This document shows positions 15,891 through 24,804 of a stretch of DNA of 41,320 nt, piece by piece; positions within the stretch are counted from its first letter, which is position 1; each line of letters begins with the position of its first letter. The notes below the pieces were generated by a model that did not search any database, had not been told where the DNA came from, and saw nothing but the letters and a program-made list of their open reading frames with translations. The position numbers and the translations under genes are program-made. This DNA comes from an uncultured Methylomarinum sp. Lineage in GTDB: Bacteria > Pseudomonadota > Gammaproteobacteria > Methylococcales > Methylomonadaceae. The stretch spans positions 1 through 41,320 of the forward strand of contig CAZMQH010000001.1 in the NCBI GenBank assembly GCA_964568245.1, given 5' to 3'.

Positions 15891-17480
15891 GTGAAAAACT
15901 CTTTTTTTCTAATCATTCCTGCGCAGCAAGATAGTCCAGACTTGCTGTTGCCTTATGAAAAAGAAAGAGTTAATCAATGGCTTCAAGAATTGCCAACGGC
16001 AAACCCTAGTTTATCAACGCGATTGTTTTTTGATTTTCTTGAGGGTTTTAACAAAGTTACTATGCCTGCTCAACAAAGGCTTGATATTTTGGAGTTATTA
16101 AGGCCTTCTTTTTTACTTATTGAGGATTTTTTGCGTTCACGATTATTAGTTGCGGGATTCCCCAAGGGTAGTAATGAGCAGAAAGTTTTTAATGTACTTG
16201 TGTTAATAGAAAAAAATATGACGATAGGCTATTGGATGGTTATTCGTGAGTTAACACATCGTGATGCTGGGTGGTTTCAAGGTAAGAATATTGCTTTAGC
16301 GCTTCAGCGAACTATTAAAGGCCTAAGTGAAATTGTCGTGACTCATTATATGATGTTCCGAATTGTGCCAGACTGGGTTTGGATAGATTTACATTCGCTC
16401 TATAGATTAAGTGTAAAAGCAAAAAAAGAAGCAACAAAAGTCGCTGATAGTACACGATTACCCTCTAAAGTAAGCTCAGCTGAAGAATGTTACAAGCAAG
16501 TCTTACTTTTAAGTTTGGCAGATCCTTCAGGTTTAATGCAAAAAGAAATTACCCAAGTTTATAGTTTTATTGCGAACCTTTGCCAATTTGTAAAGATAGA
16601 AATGCAGGAAATTGAATCTCAAAAACAGCAGTGTATTATTTTAATGGATGAAGATACGGCGCCATTTTGGAGGCGGCGGGATGATCAGACTGATTCGTCA
16701 ATGATGTACTTTGATTTGTTGAAGTTATATAAAATCTTACAATCACCTGATAAGTTTATTGATAGTCAAGAGGCTAGGTTTAGTTCTTTGCATAAAAGAA
16801 ATAATGCTTCTGAGGAAATGTCCGTTAGTTTGTTTTTATACCTACAACAAAGTTGGGCGGGGGAGGTCTGTGCGGGAGGAGATTTCTTTACGGATAGATT
16901 GGATCGGTGTATTGCAATAGGATTAGATGCTACGCATTCATTACAAAGTAACAAAAAAAATAAAGATGTGGCATCGTTAGAGTTTTTGGCTGAATCTTTT
17001 TCTGATAGAGAGTTGGCCTGTACTTTTGAGCATGAAGGTGTTTTATCCATTGGAAGTCTTGTTAGTTTTAGAAAAACCAATGAGTCCGAAACAAAACGTA
17101 TATTGAGTATTGTAAAAAAAATAACGATCCTTAAGCAGAGTGAGAAAATAATTTTTGAGTTATCTGCGATTACTCCTGTATCTTATGCTGTGAGTTATAC
17201 CAACCTTGATACAGGTACTAATGAGGTGGGTAATGAACAACATAAAGCATTACTCTACGGTGTAAAAGACAAGAAGGCAGAAAGAAGTTTTATTATTATG
17301 GAGTCTTTTATGCATAAAAATGAGGATGGGTTAAGGCTTTTTATGGGGAAAGATATTTTTCCAATTGTTTTGGGGAATAGGAAAAATATAGGGTTAGGTT
17401 ATTGGCAATTTGAATGTAGAAAAATCGAAGAGCAGCAAGTAGAACAAATAATAAAGAAAAAAGGATATGATTTTATTTAG
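15891..17480 (+). CDS. large conserved hypothetical protein, possibly with a PilZ-like C-terminal beta-barrel (weak)
   Basis: 529-codon ORF with a GTG start and no strong RBS. The N-terminal half is helical (QWLQELPTANPSLSTRLFFDFLEGFNKV...RLDILELLRPSFLLIEDFL). The C-terminal ~150 aa look beta-rich (GSLVSFRK...RILSIVKKI...HKALLYGV...SFIIMESF). No canonical RxxxR / DxSxxG pair was found. Confidence 0.55.
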   Translation: MKNSFFLIIPAQQDSPDLLLPYEKERVNQWLQELPTANPSLSTRLFFDFLEGFNKVTMPAQQRLDILELLRPSFLLIEDFLRSRLLVAGFPKGSNEQKVFNVLVLIEKNMTIGYWMVIRELTHRDAGWFQGKNIALALQRTIKGLSEIVVTHYMMFRIVPDWVWIDLHSLYRLSVKAKKEATKVADSTRLPSKVSSAEECYKQVLLLSLADPSGLMQKEITQVYSFIANLCQFVKIEMQEIESQKQQCIILMDEDTAPFWRRRDDQTDSSMMYFDLLKLYKILQSPDKFIDSQEARFSSLHKRNNASEEMSVSLFLYLQQSWAGEVCAGGDFFTDRLDRCIAIGLDATHSLQSNKKNKDVASLEFLAESFSDRELACTFEHEGVLSIGSLVSFRKTNESETKRILSIVKKITILKQSEKIIFELSAITPVSYAVSYTNLDTGTNEVGNEQHKALLYGVKDKKAERSFIIMESFMHKNEDGLRLFMGKDIFPIVLGNRKNIGLGYWQFECRKIEEQQVEQIIKKKGYDFI

Positions 17481-17952
17481 GAGTGTGTAGGGAATAACTT
17501 GAACAGCTATCTCTTTTTACCTCTGTTTTATCGTCAATTGTATGCTCTAATGCATTGTAGGTTTACTGCGAGCCTAATGAAATTATCTTATTTATAGTAA
17601 ATTTTGAGTTATAATTTTGGGCAGTTATTCTGGGCGGGCGTGCGGCCTTAAGTGCTTGAGCATATTAATCTAACATTTTACTGGTCTTTTTTCCATATTC
17701 TGTGTTGTATAAACAATTATGTAACTGGCTATGCGCCTTGAATATAAAAAACAATTCTGCGTAAAATTAATTAAATTAATTATGCACAGCTACTTAGCAA
17801 GCTATTGTTTTTTATTTAGATAATAATGACTTGAAAAGATTTGTTATCATGGTACATTTAACGGTCAAATTATAATAATAAAGAAACGTATATAGAAAAT
17901 GTGTAAAGATTCTTTGCGTTTTGTAAGTTTTTAATTGAAGAGGAGAGTTAGT

Positions 17953-18531
17953 GTGAGTAATGACGAAAATTCTAATGATATAAAAGAAACAGTAGAAGCA
18001 GTGAAAGAGGCTGTAGAGGAAGCTGTGGATACAGTTAAAGATACTGTGGAAGATGCTGTTGATGCTGCGAAAGAGACTGTAGATAATATTGTTGAAGATA
18101 ATGGAAATGCTGTTTCAAAAATAATGGATCTTAAAGAATCAAACCCTAAAGCATTTTTTGGTGCTATTGCTGGTTTGGTTGTTGTTATTCTTTACATGTT
18201 TATGGGAGGTGGTAGTAATGCTCCTATTCAGCAATATAAACAAGTTAATCTTTCAATCGGAAATACTTATACCTTAAAAGGTGTGAATTCTTATAGTGAC
18301 GAGGTTAAGGTTAGATTGGTTTCAGTGCCTGGATCAATGGCTGCTTATGATGAAAGTAAAGAGGGCGGTGCTACTGTTGATAAATGTAAGCGTATGGATC
18401 AAGGTACAAAAGTTAAATTACTTCAAATTCAAGAAGCTTTTGGTGGCACAGTATTTGCCCAAGTTGAAATCCTTGGTTCAAGTGGCTGTGCAGGTAGAAC
18501 TGCTTGGGCGACAGCAAGTAATTTAAACTAG
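17953..18531 (+). CDS. single-pass membrane protein with an acidic repeat N-terminus and an SH3-like C-terminal domain
   Basis: GAGGAGAG lies 5-6 nt upstream of the GTG at 17953 (the ORF track starts at TTG 17935). The N-terminus is a quasi-repeat, ETVEAVKEAVEEAVDTVKDTVEDAVDAAKETVDNIVED. The TM helix is AFFGAIAGLVVVILYMFMGG. The C-terminus has an SH3b-like pattern (QGTKVKLLQIQEAFGGTVFAQVEILGSSGCAGRTAWATASNL). Confidence 0.6.
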   Translation: MSNDENSNDIKETVEAVKEAVEEAVDTVKDTVEDAVDAAKETVDNIVEDNGNAVSKIMDLKESNPKAFFGAIAGLVVVILYMFMGGGSNAPIQQYKQVNLSIGNTYTLKGVNSYSDEVKVRLVSVPGSMAAYDESKEGGATVDKCKRMDQGTKVKLLQIQEAFGGTVFAQVEILGSSGCAGRTAWATASNLN

Positions 18532-18534
18532 TTA

Positions 18535-18562
18535 TTGACAGTTTGTAAATATTGGTTATAAT
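18535..18562 (+). promoter_or_regulatory. near-consensus sigma70 promoter for tRNA-Gly
   Basis: TTGACA (18535-18540), a 16-bp spacer, then TATAAT (18557-18562). This lies 18 nt upstream of the tRNA 5' end. Confidence 0.6.
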
Positions 18563-18580
18563 ACATAGATAAATTGATTA

Positions 18581-18655
18581 GCGGGAATAGCTCAGTGGTA
18601 GAGCACAACCTTGCCAAGGTTGGGGTCGCGAGTTCGAGCCTCGTTTCCCGCTCCA
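18581..18655 (+). tRNA. tRNA-Gly (anticodon GCC)
   Basis: The acceptor stem GCGGGAA/TTCCCGC, anticodon loop CTTGCCAAG, T-arm GGTCGCGAGTTCGAGCCTCG and encoded CCA are all present. It is nearly identical to E. coli tRNA-Gly(GCC). Confidence 0.97.
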
Positions 18656-18663
18656 ACATTTCA

Positions 18664-18692
18664 AAAAAAGCCGCGTTATTCGCGGCTTTTTT
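18664..18692. terminator. intrinsic (potentially bidirectional) terminator hairpin
   Basis: An A-run precedes the stem GCCGCG (18670-18675), loop TTATT, stem CGCGGC (18681-18686) and a TTTTTT run (18687-18692). Confidence 0.75.
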
Positions 18693-18717
18693 ATTGACAA
18701 CAATTTAATATCTTTTC

Positions 18718-18791
18718 GGCTGCTTAGCAAAATGGTTATGCAGTGGATTGCAAATCCATCTATGGCGGTTCGATTCCGCCAGCAGCCTCCA
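18718..18791 (+). tRNA. tRNA-Cys (anticodon GCA)
   Basis: 74 nt with the acceptor stem GGCTGCT/AGCAGCC, anticodon loop ATTGCAAAT and encoded CCA. It is colinear with E. coli tRNA-Cys. Confidence 0.96.
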
Positions 18792-18810
18792 TATTTTTAA
18801 GAATATATTA

Positions 18811-18885
18811 GCGGGAATAGCTCAGTGGTAGAGCACAACCTTGCCAAGGTTGGGGTCGCGAGTTCGAGCCTCGTTTCCCGCTCCA
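18811..18885 (+). tRNA. tRNA-Gly (anticodon GCC), second identical copy
   Basis: The 75-nt sequence is identical to 18581-18655. Confidence 0.97.
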
Positions 18886-19150
18886 ATATATTTTAAAAAA
18901 CTTATTTTGTATCCGTTTTTATCTTCCTGTGCTGGGTTTTAAATATATTTCTAGCTTTAGTGCCTCCATATTCTGTTAAAATCAGTCTTGGTTTTTATTG
19001 CAAGATATTGAGATTTCTTTCCTTTTGGAGTGTGCTTGAGCCGTGTTTTTATTATAGGCAGATAGGTATGCTGGATAGGAATAACTTTTTTATACTTAAA
19101 GATTTTAACTGACAAGGTATAATATTAGATTTTCTTAATCATCTCAAGTA

Positions 19151-22100
19151 ATGTCAAAACATTCAATTTTTTCCCCTGAATTACCCTTAGGTGTTGATCA
19201 GCCTTTATTCTGGTCTGGGTTAAAAGGTTGTGCCGATTCTCTGGTCATTGCTTCTGCGATTAAAAATGAAAACCGTTTGTTTGTTATTATTACTTCAGAC
19301 AATCAAACAGCACTTCGACTTGAGCATGAATTATCATTTTTTTTAAATGATGAATATCCCATTTTACATTTTCCTGACTGGGAGACGTTGCCTTATGACG
19401 TGTTTTCCCCGCTACCAGAAATAATATCTGAGCGCTTAAAAACCTTAGCGGTGTTGCCAGAAACTAAAAGAGGGGCGTTAGTTGTTTCCGTAGCCACTTT
19501 AATGCATCGCCTTGCACCGAGAGAGCATGTTTTAGCACATAGCTTTGCTCTTGAGGTGGGCGGTGTATTTAACATGGATTTAAACCGTATTAAGCTAGAG
19601 AGTGTTGGCTACCAATGTGTCTCACAAGTGTATCAGCATGCGGAATTTGCCATAAGAGGCTCCATTGTTGATTTGTTTCCGATGGGGAGCAAGTTACCTT
19701 ATCGTATTGAATTATTTGATGATGATATTGAATCAATTCGCACCTTTGATCCCGATACCCAAAGATCACTGGAAAAGATAGATAAGATCCAGTTATTTCC
19801 TGCCCGAGAATTCCCTTTTACTGACGATGCAATTAAGCATTTTCGACAAGCATTTAGAAATCAATTCCCTGAAGTATCCCCTAAAAATATATTGTATCTA
19901 GATGTGAGTAAAGGTATTGCTCCCGGAGGAATTGAATACTATTTCCCTTTATTTGTAGATAAAACAGAAACCTTATTTGATTATTTGCCTGCTGCTACTG
20001 CGTTGGTATTACCTGATTTTGTAAGTGATTCAGCTAGGAGGTTTTATGGGGAAGCTGAAGAGCGATTTCAACAGCGTAAATATGATGTTGATAGACCCTT
20101 GTTAGAGCCTACTCAGATTTTTTTATCAGCTGATGAATTGCAGCAGAAAATTGCAAGCTTTTCTCGGGTGGTCTTGGCTGAGCAAGTTGACAATTCAACA
20201 GGTTTTTGTTGCCAGTCTTTACCCGATTTGACTATTGATATTCGGCTAAAGGACCCTGCCAATCGAATTTTAGCCTTCTTGAAGGAGTTTGCAGGAAAGG
20301 TGCTATTTGTTGCTGAAACAGCAGGGCGTAGAGAAGGTTTAATTGATAAGTTAAAAAGTTTTAAAATTAGTTTGAAACAAGTGAGTACTTGGCAAGCGTT
20401 TTTAGAAGAAGATAAATCACCGTGTATTTTAATTGCACCGATGGATCATGGTTTATTGTTAGATGACCCTACCATTGCAGTCATTACTGAAAGGCAGTTA
20501 AGTGGTGAGAAGGTTCAGCAGCGTCGAAGACGGAAAAAGTCAGCGGCTAAAGAGCTAGAAAATATCTTCAATAACTTAAATGAATTAACTATTGGTTCTC
20601 CAGTTGTTCATCAGGAGCATGGGGTGGGAAGATACCTTGGCTTGCAAACCCTTGACCGAGGGGGAGTTACCACTGAATTTTTAACCTTAGAATACGCTAA
20701 TAATGACAAGTTATATGTGCCGGTTTCATCTTTACAGCTCATTGGTCGATATAGTGGAGCCAGTGCAGAAAATGCGCCATTACATAAGCTAGGCAGTGAC
20801 CGATGGAATAAGGCTAAGAAAAAAGCCATGGAGCGTGCGCGAGATGTGGCGGCAGAGTTATTAGATATTCATGCTAAAAGGGCGGCTAAAGGGGGGCATG
20901 CTTTTAAAGTTGATGATTCAGAATACTTAACTTTTGCAGATGCATTTCCTTTTGAGGAAACGCCAGATCAAAAAACTGCAATTGAAGCGCTTTATCAGGA
21001 TATGCTAAGTCCGCAGCCTATGGACCGGGTTATTTGTGGGGATGTGGGGTTTGGTAAAACCGAAGTGGCAATGCGTGCTGCTTTTGTTGCTGTGCAAAGT
21101 GGTAAGCAGGTAGCTGTTTTAGTGCCAACGACCTTATTGGCGCAACAACATTATCAAAATTTTAGGGATAGATTTGCAGATTGGCCGGTACGGATTGAAG
21201 TGATGTCACGGTTTGTCACAGCCAAACAACAAAAAATCACTGTCGAAGCGCTTGGTGATGGCAAAGTCGATATTGTTATCGGTACTCATAAATTATTGTC
21301 AAAAGAGTTAAAGTACAAATCATTAGGCTTGGTTATTATTGATGAAGAGCACCGTTTTGGTGTGCGTCAAAAAGAGCATTTTAAAAAATTACGTCATGAA
21401 TTGGATTTGCTGACATTAACAGCAACCCCTATTCCTAGAACTTTAAATATGGCGATGGCTGGACTAAGAGATATTTCAATTATTGCTAGCCCTCCACCCA
21501 ATCGCCATCCGATTAAGACTTTTATTAGTGAATGGATGGACGTACAGATTCAAGAGGCGTGTCAGCGAGAGATAAAACGCGGTGGTCAGGTATTCTTTTT
21601 ACATAATGATGTAAAGTCTATGGGTAAAATGGCCCGAGAAATAGAAAAATTGGTGCCTGAAGCGCGAGTACAAATTGCTCATGGCCAAATGCCTGAGCGA
21701 GAACTTGAGCAAATTATGCTGGATTTTTATCATCAGCGCTTTAATCTATTATTAAGTACCACTATTATTGAAAGTGGGATTGATATACCTACAGCAAACA
21801 CTATTGTTATTAATCGTGCTGATAAATTAGGCTTGGCGCAGTTGCATCAATTGCGTGGACGGGTAGGGCGCTCACATCACCGTGCTTATGCCTATTTTAT
21901 TGTGCCGCCAAAAGCATTAATGAGTAAAGATGCAATTAAGCGATTAGAAGCGTTAGATACTTCGGGTGAGATAGGGGCAGGGTTTATGTTGTCATCACAT
22001 GATATGGAAATTAGAGGGGCTGGGGAATTACTGGGTGATGGGCAAAGTGGTCAAATTCAGGAAATAGGCTTTACTTTATATACTGAATTGTTAGAACGAG

Positions 22101-22594
22101 CCGTTAACGCGTTAAAATCTGGTAAACAGCCAGAGCTGGATGCGCCGATGGAGACAGGCCCTGAAGTTGATTTGCAAGCACAAGCTTTGATACCTGAGGA
22201 TTATTTACCTGATATCCATGCCCGTTTGGTTTTATATAAGCGTATTTCCAGTGCAGAAAATAGCGAAGAATTGCGTGCTTTAAAAGTTGAAATGATTGAT
22301 CGATTTGGGTTGTTGCCCGATGCGGTTAAGGTTTTGTTTAGTATTGCTGAGTTAAAACAGTTGGCAGAACCTTTAGGAATTAAAAAAATAGATGCGCATG
22401 TAGCGGGTGGGCGCATTATTTTTACGGCTGCTCCTAAAATTAATACAGAGCAATTAATAAGCATAATTCAAACTCAAGCTCAGTGCTATCAATTTGATGG
22501 GGCTGATAAATTACGCTTTACTCAAGCATTTGAATCGGTAGAACAAAAAATTACGTTTTTGACAGCATTGTTGAACCAGTTAACACCTGCTTAA
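19151..22594 (+). CDS. mfd: transcription-repair coupling factor
   Basis: 1147 aa with Walker A GDVGFGKTEVA, the DEEHRFGV box, TATPIPRT, QLHQLRGRVGRS and a UvrB-homology N-terminal region. Confidence 0.96.
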   Translation: MSKHSIFSPELPLGVDQPLFWSGLKGCADSLVIASAIKNENRLFVIITSDNQTALRLEHELSFFLNDEYPILHFPDWETLPYDVFSPLPEIISERLKTLAVLPETKRGALVVSVATLMHRLAPREHVLAHSFALEVGGVFNMDLNRIKLESVGYQCVSQVYQHAEFAIRGSIVDLFPMGSKLPYRIELFDDDIESIRTFDPDTQRSLEKIDKIQLFPAREFPFTDDAIKHFRQAFRNQFPEVSPKNILYLDVSKGIAPGGIEYYFPLFVDKTETLFDYLPAATALVLPDFVSDSARRFYGEAEERFQQRKYDVDRPLLEPTQIFLSADELQQKIASFSRVVLAEQVDNSTGFCCQSLPDLTIDIRLKDPANRILAFLKEFAGKVLFVAETAGRREGLIDKLKSFKISLKQVSTWQAFLEEDKSPCILIAPMDHGLLLDDPTIAVITERQLSGEKVQQRRRRKKSAAKELENIFNNLNELTIGSPVVHQEHGVGRYLGLQTLDRGGVTTEFLTLEYANNDKLYVPVSSLQLIGRYSGASAENAPLHKLGSDRWNKAKKKAMERARDVAAELLDIHAKRAAKGGHAFKVDDSEYLTFADAFPFEETPDQKTAIEALYQDMLSPQPMDRVICGDVGFGKTEVAMRAAFVAVQSGKQVAVLVPTTLLAQQHYQNFRDRFADWPVRIEVMSRFVTAKQQKITVEALGDGKVDIVIGTHKLLSKELKYKSLGLVIIDEEHRFGVRQKEHFKKLRHELDLLTLTATPIPRTLNMAMAGLRDISIIASPPPNRHPIKTFISEWMDVQIQEACQREIKRGGQVFFLHNDVKSMGKMAREIEKLVPEARVQIAHGQMPERELEQIMLDFYHQRFNLLLSTTIIESGIDIPTANTIVINRADKLGLAQLHQLRGRVGRSHHRAYAYFIVPPKALMSKDAIKRLEALDTSGEIGAGFMLSSHDMEIRGAGELLGDGQSGQIQEIGFTLYTELLERAVNALKSGKQPELDAPMETGPEVDLQAQALIPEDYLPDIHARLVLYKRISSAENSEELRALKVEMIDRFGLLPDAVKVLFSIAELKQLAEPLGIKKIDAHVAGGRIIFTAAPKINTEQLISIIQTQAQCYQFDGADKLRFTQAFESVEQKITFLTALLNQLTPA

Positions 22595-22613
22595 CTCAGG
22601 TTAGGGATGAAAA

Positions 22614-23126
22614 ATGAGAAAAATGAATAGATTGTGTTTTTTATTGGTACTAAGCCTTATTAGTCTTAATGTATCCGCAGCTGGGCGTTCATATAAAATT
22701 GAATTGCTTATTTTTGCTCAAGATATGCCGAATACGGAAGTGTTTGATCAAACTGAAAGTCAAATTCAATGGCCAAGAAGACTGTCTGATTTGTCGGCAT
22801 ATAATGTGGGAGGAAAGCGCTTAAATGGCAGTTATGCTAAATTGGCACGAAGCTATAAGTATCAACCTTTAATGCATGTTGCTTGGATTCAAACTGTTCA
22901 ATCAAATAGCAGGGGACGTGCTGTAAAAATTTCTAACCCTGAGGGCACTATTAATGGTTTTTTTCAAATACAGCGCGGTCATCTTGTTCACTTGAAAGCA
23001 GATTTTGAGTATTCAATAGGGTCTGTTATTTATCGCTTGAATGAAAAACGACGCTTTAAATTGAATGAAACACATTATCTTGATCATCCAAAGTTTGGTG
23101 TGATTGCAAGAGTATCCCCACTATAA
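22614..23126 (+). CDS. CsiV-like periplasmic peptidoglycan-binding protein
   Basis: The signal peptide is followed by SYKIELLIFAQ, and the C-terminus is YLDHPKFGVIARVSPL. Both are typical of the CsiV family. The position directly downstream of mfd matches Vibrio. Confidence 0.65.
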   Translation: MRKMNRLCFLLVLSLISLNVSAAGRSYKIELLIFAQDMPNTEVFDQTESQIQWPRRLSDLSAYNVGGKRLNGSYAKLARSYKYQPLMHVAWIQTVQSNSRGRAVKISNPEGTINGFFQIQRGHLVHLKADFEYSIGSVIYRLNEKRRFKLNETHYLDHPKFGVIARVSPL

Positions 23127-23131
23127 AATCA

Positions 23132-23329
23132 ATGGATTTAGAAATGGGTCAAGACCAGAGTAAAATAGAATCACCTTGTGTCCGAAATTGTTGTTTAAAT
23201 GAATACGATGTCTGTTTAGGGTGTTTTCGAACTTTAACCGAAATAAAGCAATGGACATTGGTTGATGATGCTATGCGATTAATTTACTTGAGTGAGGCTG
23301 TTAAACGTAAAGTCGCTAATAAAGGCTAG
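23132..23329 (+). CDS. DUF1289 (YdhL-like) Cys-rich small protein
   Basis: SPCVRNCCLNEYDVCLGCFRTLTEIKQW matches the SPC..C......C.GC.RT..EI..W pattern of DUF1289. The start may instead be the internal Met at 23144. Confidence 0.7.
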   Translation: MDLEMGQDQSKIESPCVRNCCLNEYDVCLGCFRTLTEIKQWTLVDDAMRLIYLSEAVKRKVANKG

Positions 23330-23441
23330 GTTTTTGATATAGGTGCGGAGCTTGGGTTATAATATATCCCACCTTTTTACTCAGCTAGAATGGTTGGGTT
23401 TATTAAAAGTAGATTAAAATGGGAGTATCTACAAAACGAAT

Positions 23442-24794
23442 ATGGCGCAAAAACTTTTTATACAGACTAATGGCTGTCAAATGAATGAGTACGATTCCGA
23501 TAAAATGCGGGATGTACTGCAAGCTTCTCATCAGATGGAGATGACAGAAACTCCAGAAGAAGCGAATGTTTTAATATTGAACACTTGTTCTATTAGAGAA
23601 AAAGCTCAGGAAAAAGTTTTTTCTGCGATAGGGCGCTGGCGTAAAATTAAAAATAAATGCCCCGATATCATCATTGCTGTTGGTGGCTGTGTAGCAAGCC
23701 AAGAAGGGGCGGCTATCCAAAAGCGAGCGCCTTATGTAGACATTGTCTTTGGCCCTCAAACCCTACACCGATTACCAGAATTATTGGATGAGGCACGCAA
23801 AACACATAAACGCGTGGTTGATATTTCATTCCCTGAAATTGAAAAGTTTGATGCCTTGCCAGAACCAAGAGCTGAAGGACCAAAAGCTTTTGTTTCAATT
23901 ATGGAAGGCTGTAGTAAATATTGTACTTTTTGTGTGGTTCCTTATACCCGGGGAGAAGAAATTAGCCGTCCATTGCATGATGTAATTGCTGAAATATCTT
24001 CTTTAGCTGAACAAGGTGTTCGTGAAATCAATTTATTAGGGCAAAATGTAAATGCATATCGAGGAGAAATGGAAGATGGCGAGATAGCTGAATTTGCATT
24101 GCTTTTGCATTACGTTGCTGCGGTTGATGGAATTGATAGAATACGCTTTACCACATCGCATCCAGCTGAATATACAGATGAAATTATCCAGGCATTTGCT
24201 GAAATTCCAGAATTGGTCAGCCATTTACATCTGCCAGTACAAAGTGGCAGTGATAATATTTTAGAGAATATGAAACGGGGATATACTCGCTCTGATTATC
24301 TGGAAATAATGGATAAAATGAAAGCTGTTCGCCCAGGCATTAGTTTATCCTCTGATTTTATTATTGGTTTTCCTGGGGAAACAGAGGAAGAGTTTGAAGA
24401 TACTATGGCCTTAATTGAGCAAGTAGGCTTTGATTTTTCCTATAGTTTTATTTACAGTGCGCGCCCAGGAACACCTGCGGCTGAACTGGCGGATGATGTT
24501 TCTGACGATGTTAAAAAACAACGTCTTAAAAAATTAAAAATGCGACTTGATGAAATGACTCAGGATATTTCAAAAGCTATGATTGATACGGTTCAAACAG
24601 TGTTGGTTGATGGCGTGTCAAAGAAAAACCCGTTACAAATGACTGGACGCACAGAGAATAATCGCGTGGTTAACTTTACCGCCCATCCTAGATTGGTCGG
24701 CCAGTTTGTTGATGTGATGATTACAGAAGCATTACCCAATTCATTAAGGGCTCGATTGGTCGAGTCTTCAGTTGATAAAATCTTAAATAAATAG
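23442..24794 (+). CDS. miaB: tRNA-2-methylthio-N6-dimethylallyladenosine synthase
   Basis: The N-terminal cluster Cys residues lie in NGCQMN and NTCSIREKA. The radical-SAM motif is [13 protein letters not shown]-terminal TRAM domain is present. Confidence 0.95.
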   Translation: MAQKLFIQTNGCQMNEYDSDKMRDVLQASHQMEMTETPEEANVLILNTCSIREKAQEKVFSAIGRWRKIKNKCPDIIIAVGGCVASQEGAAIQKRAPYVDIVFGPQTLHRLPELLDEARKTHKRVVDISFPEIEKFDALPEPRAEGPKAFVSIMEGCSKYCTFCVVPYTRGEEISRPLHDVIAEISSLAEQGVREINLLGQNVNAYRGEMEDGEIAEFALLLHYVAAVDGIDRIRFTTSHPAEYTDEIIQAFAEIPELVSHLHLPVQSGSDNILENMKRGYTRSDYLEIMDKMKAVRPGISLSSDFIIGFPGETEEEFEDTMALIEQVGFDFSYSFIYSARPGTPAAELADDVSDDVKKQRLKKLKMRLDEMTQDISKAMIDTVQTVLVDGVSKKNPLQMTGRTENNRVVNFTAHPRLVGQFVDVMITEALPNSLRARLVESSVDKILNK

Positions 24795-24804
24795 CCTTAA
24801 TACC

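Noticed and set aside
15713-15916. 67-aa minus-strand ORF spanning the end of the ABC-2 permease gene and the start of the 529-aa gene
   Set aside because: Its AT-rich, Phe/Ile-rich translation is typical of chance ORFs. It overlaps two better-supported genes.
18296-18526. 76-aa same-strand alternative-frame ORF inside the 198-aa gene
   Set aside because: It is out of frame within the longer ORF, which has a good RBS and a coherent domain layout.
18694-18711. TTGACA at 18694-18699 as a -35 element for tRNA-Cys
   Set aside because: The only -10-like hexamer (TAATAT, 18706-18711) is 6 bp away, far from the 16-18 bp spacing a sigma70 promoter needs.
18581-18885. Two identical 75-nt repeats, considered as a CRISPR-like or att duplication
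   Set aside because: They are complete tRNA-Gly genes. Only tRNA-Cys lies between them, and there is no integrase or island content.
17694-18975. 11-nt direct repeat CCATATTCTGT at about 17694 and 18965, flanking the 198-aa gene and the tRNA cluster
   Set aside because: Many identical 11-mer pairs are expected by chance in a 41-kb AT-rich window, and the similarity does not extend beyond the repeat.
23571-24224. Several 61-80-aa ORFs on both strands inside miaB
   Set aside because: All are embedded in a strongly supported radical-SAM gene.
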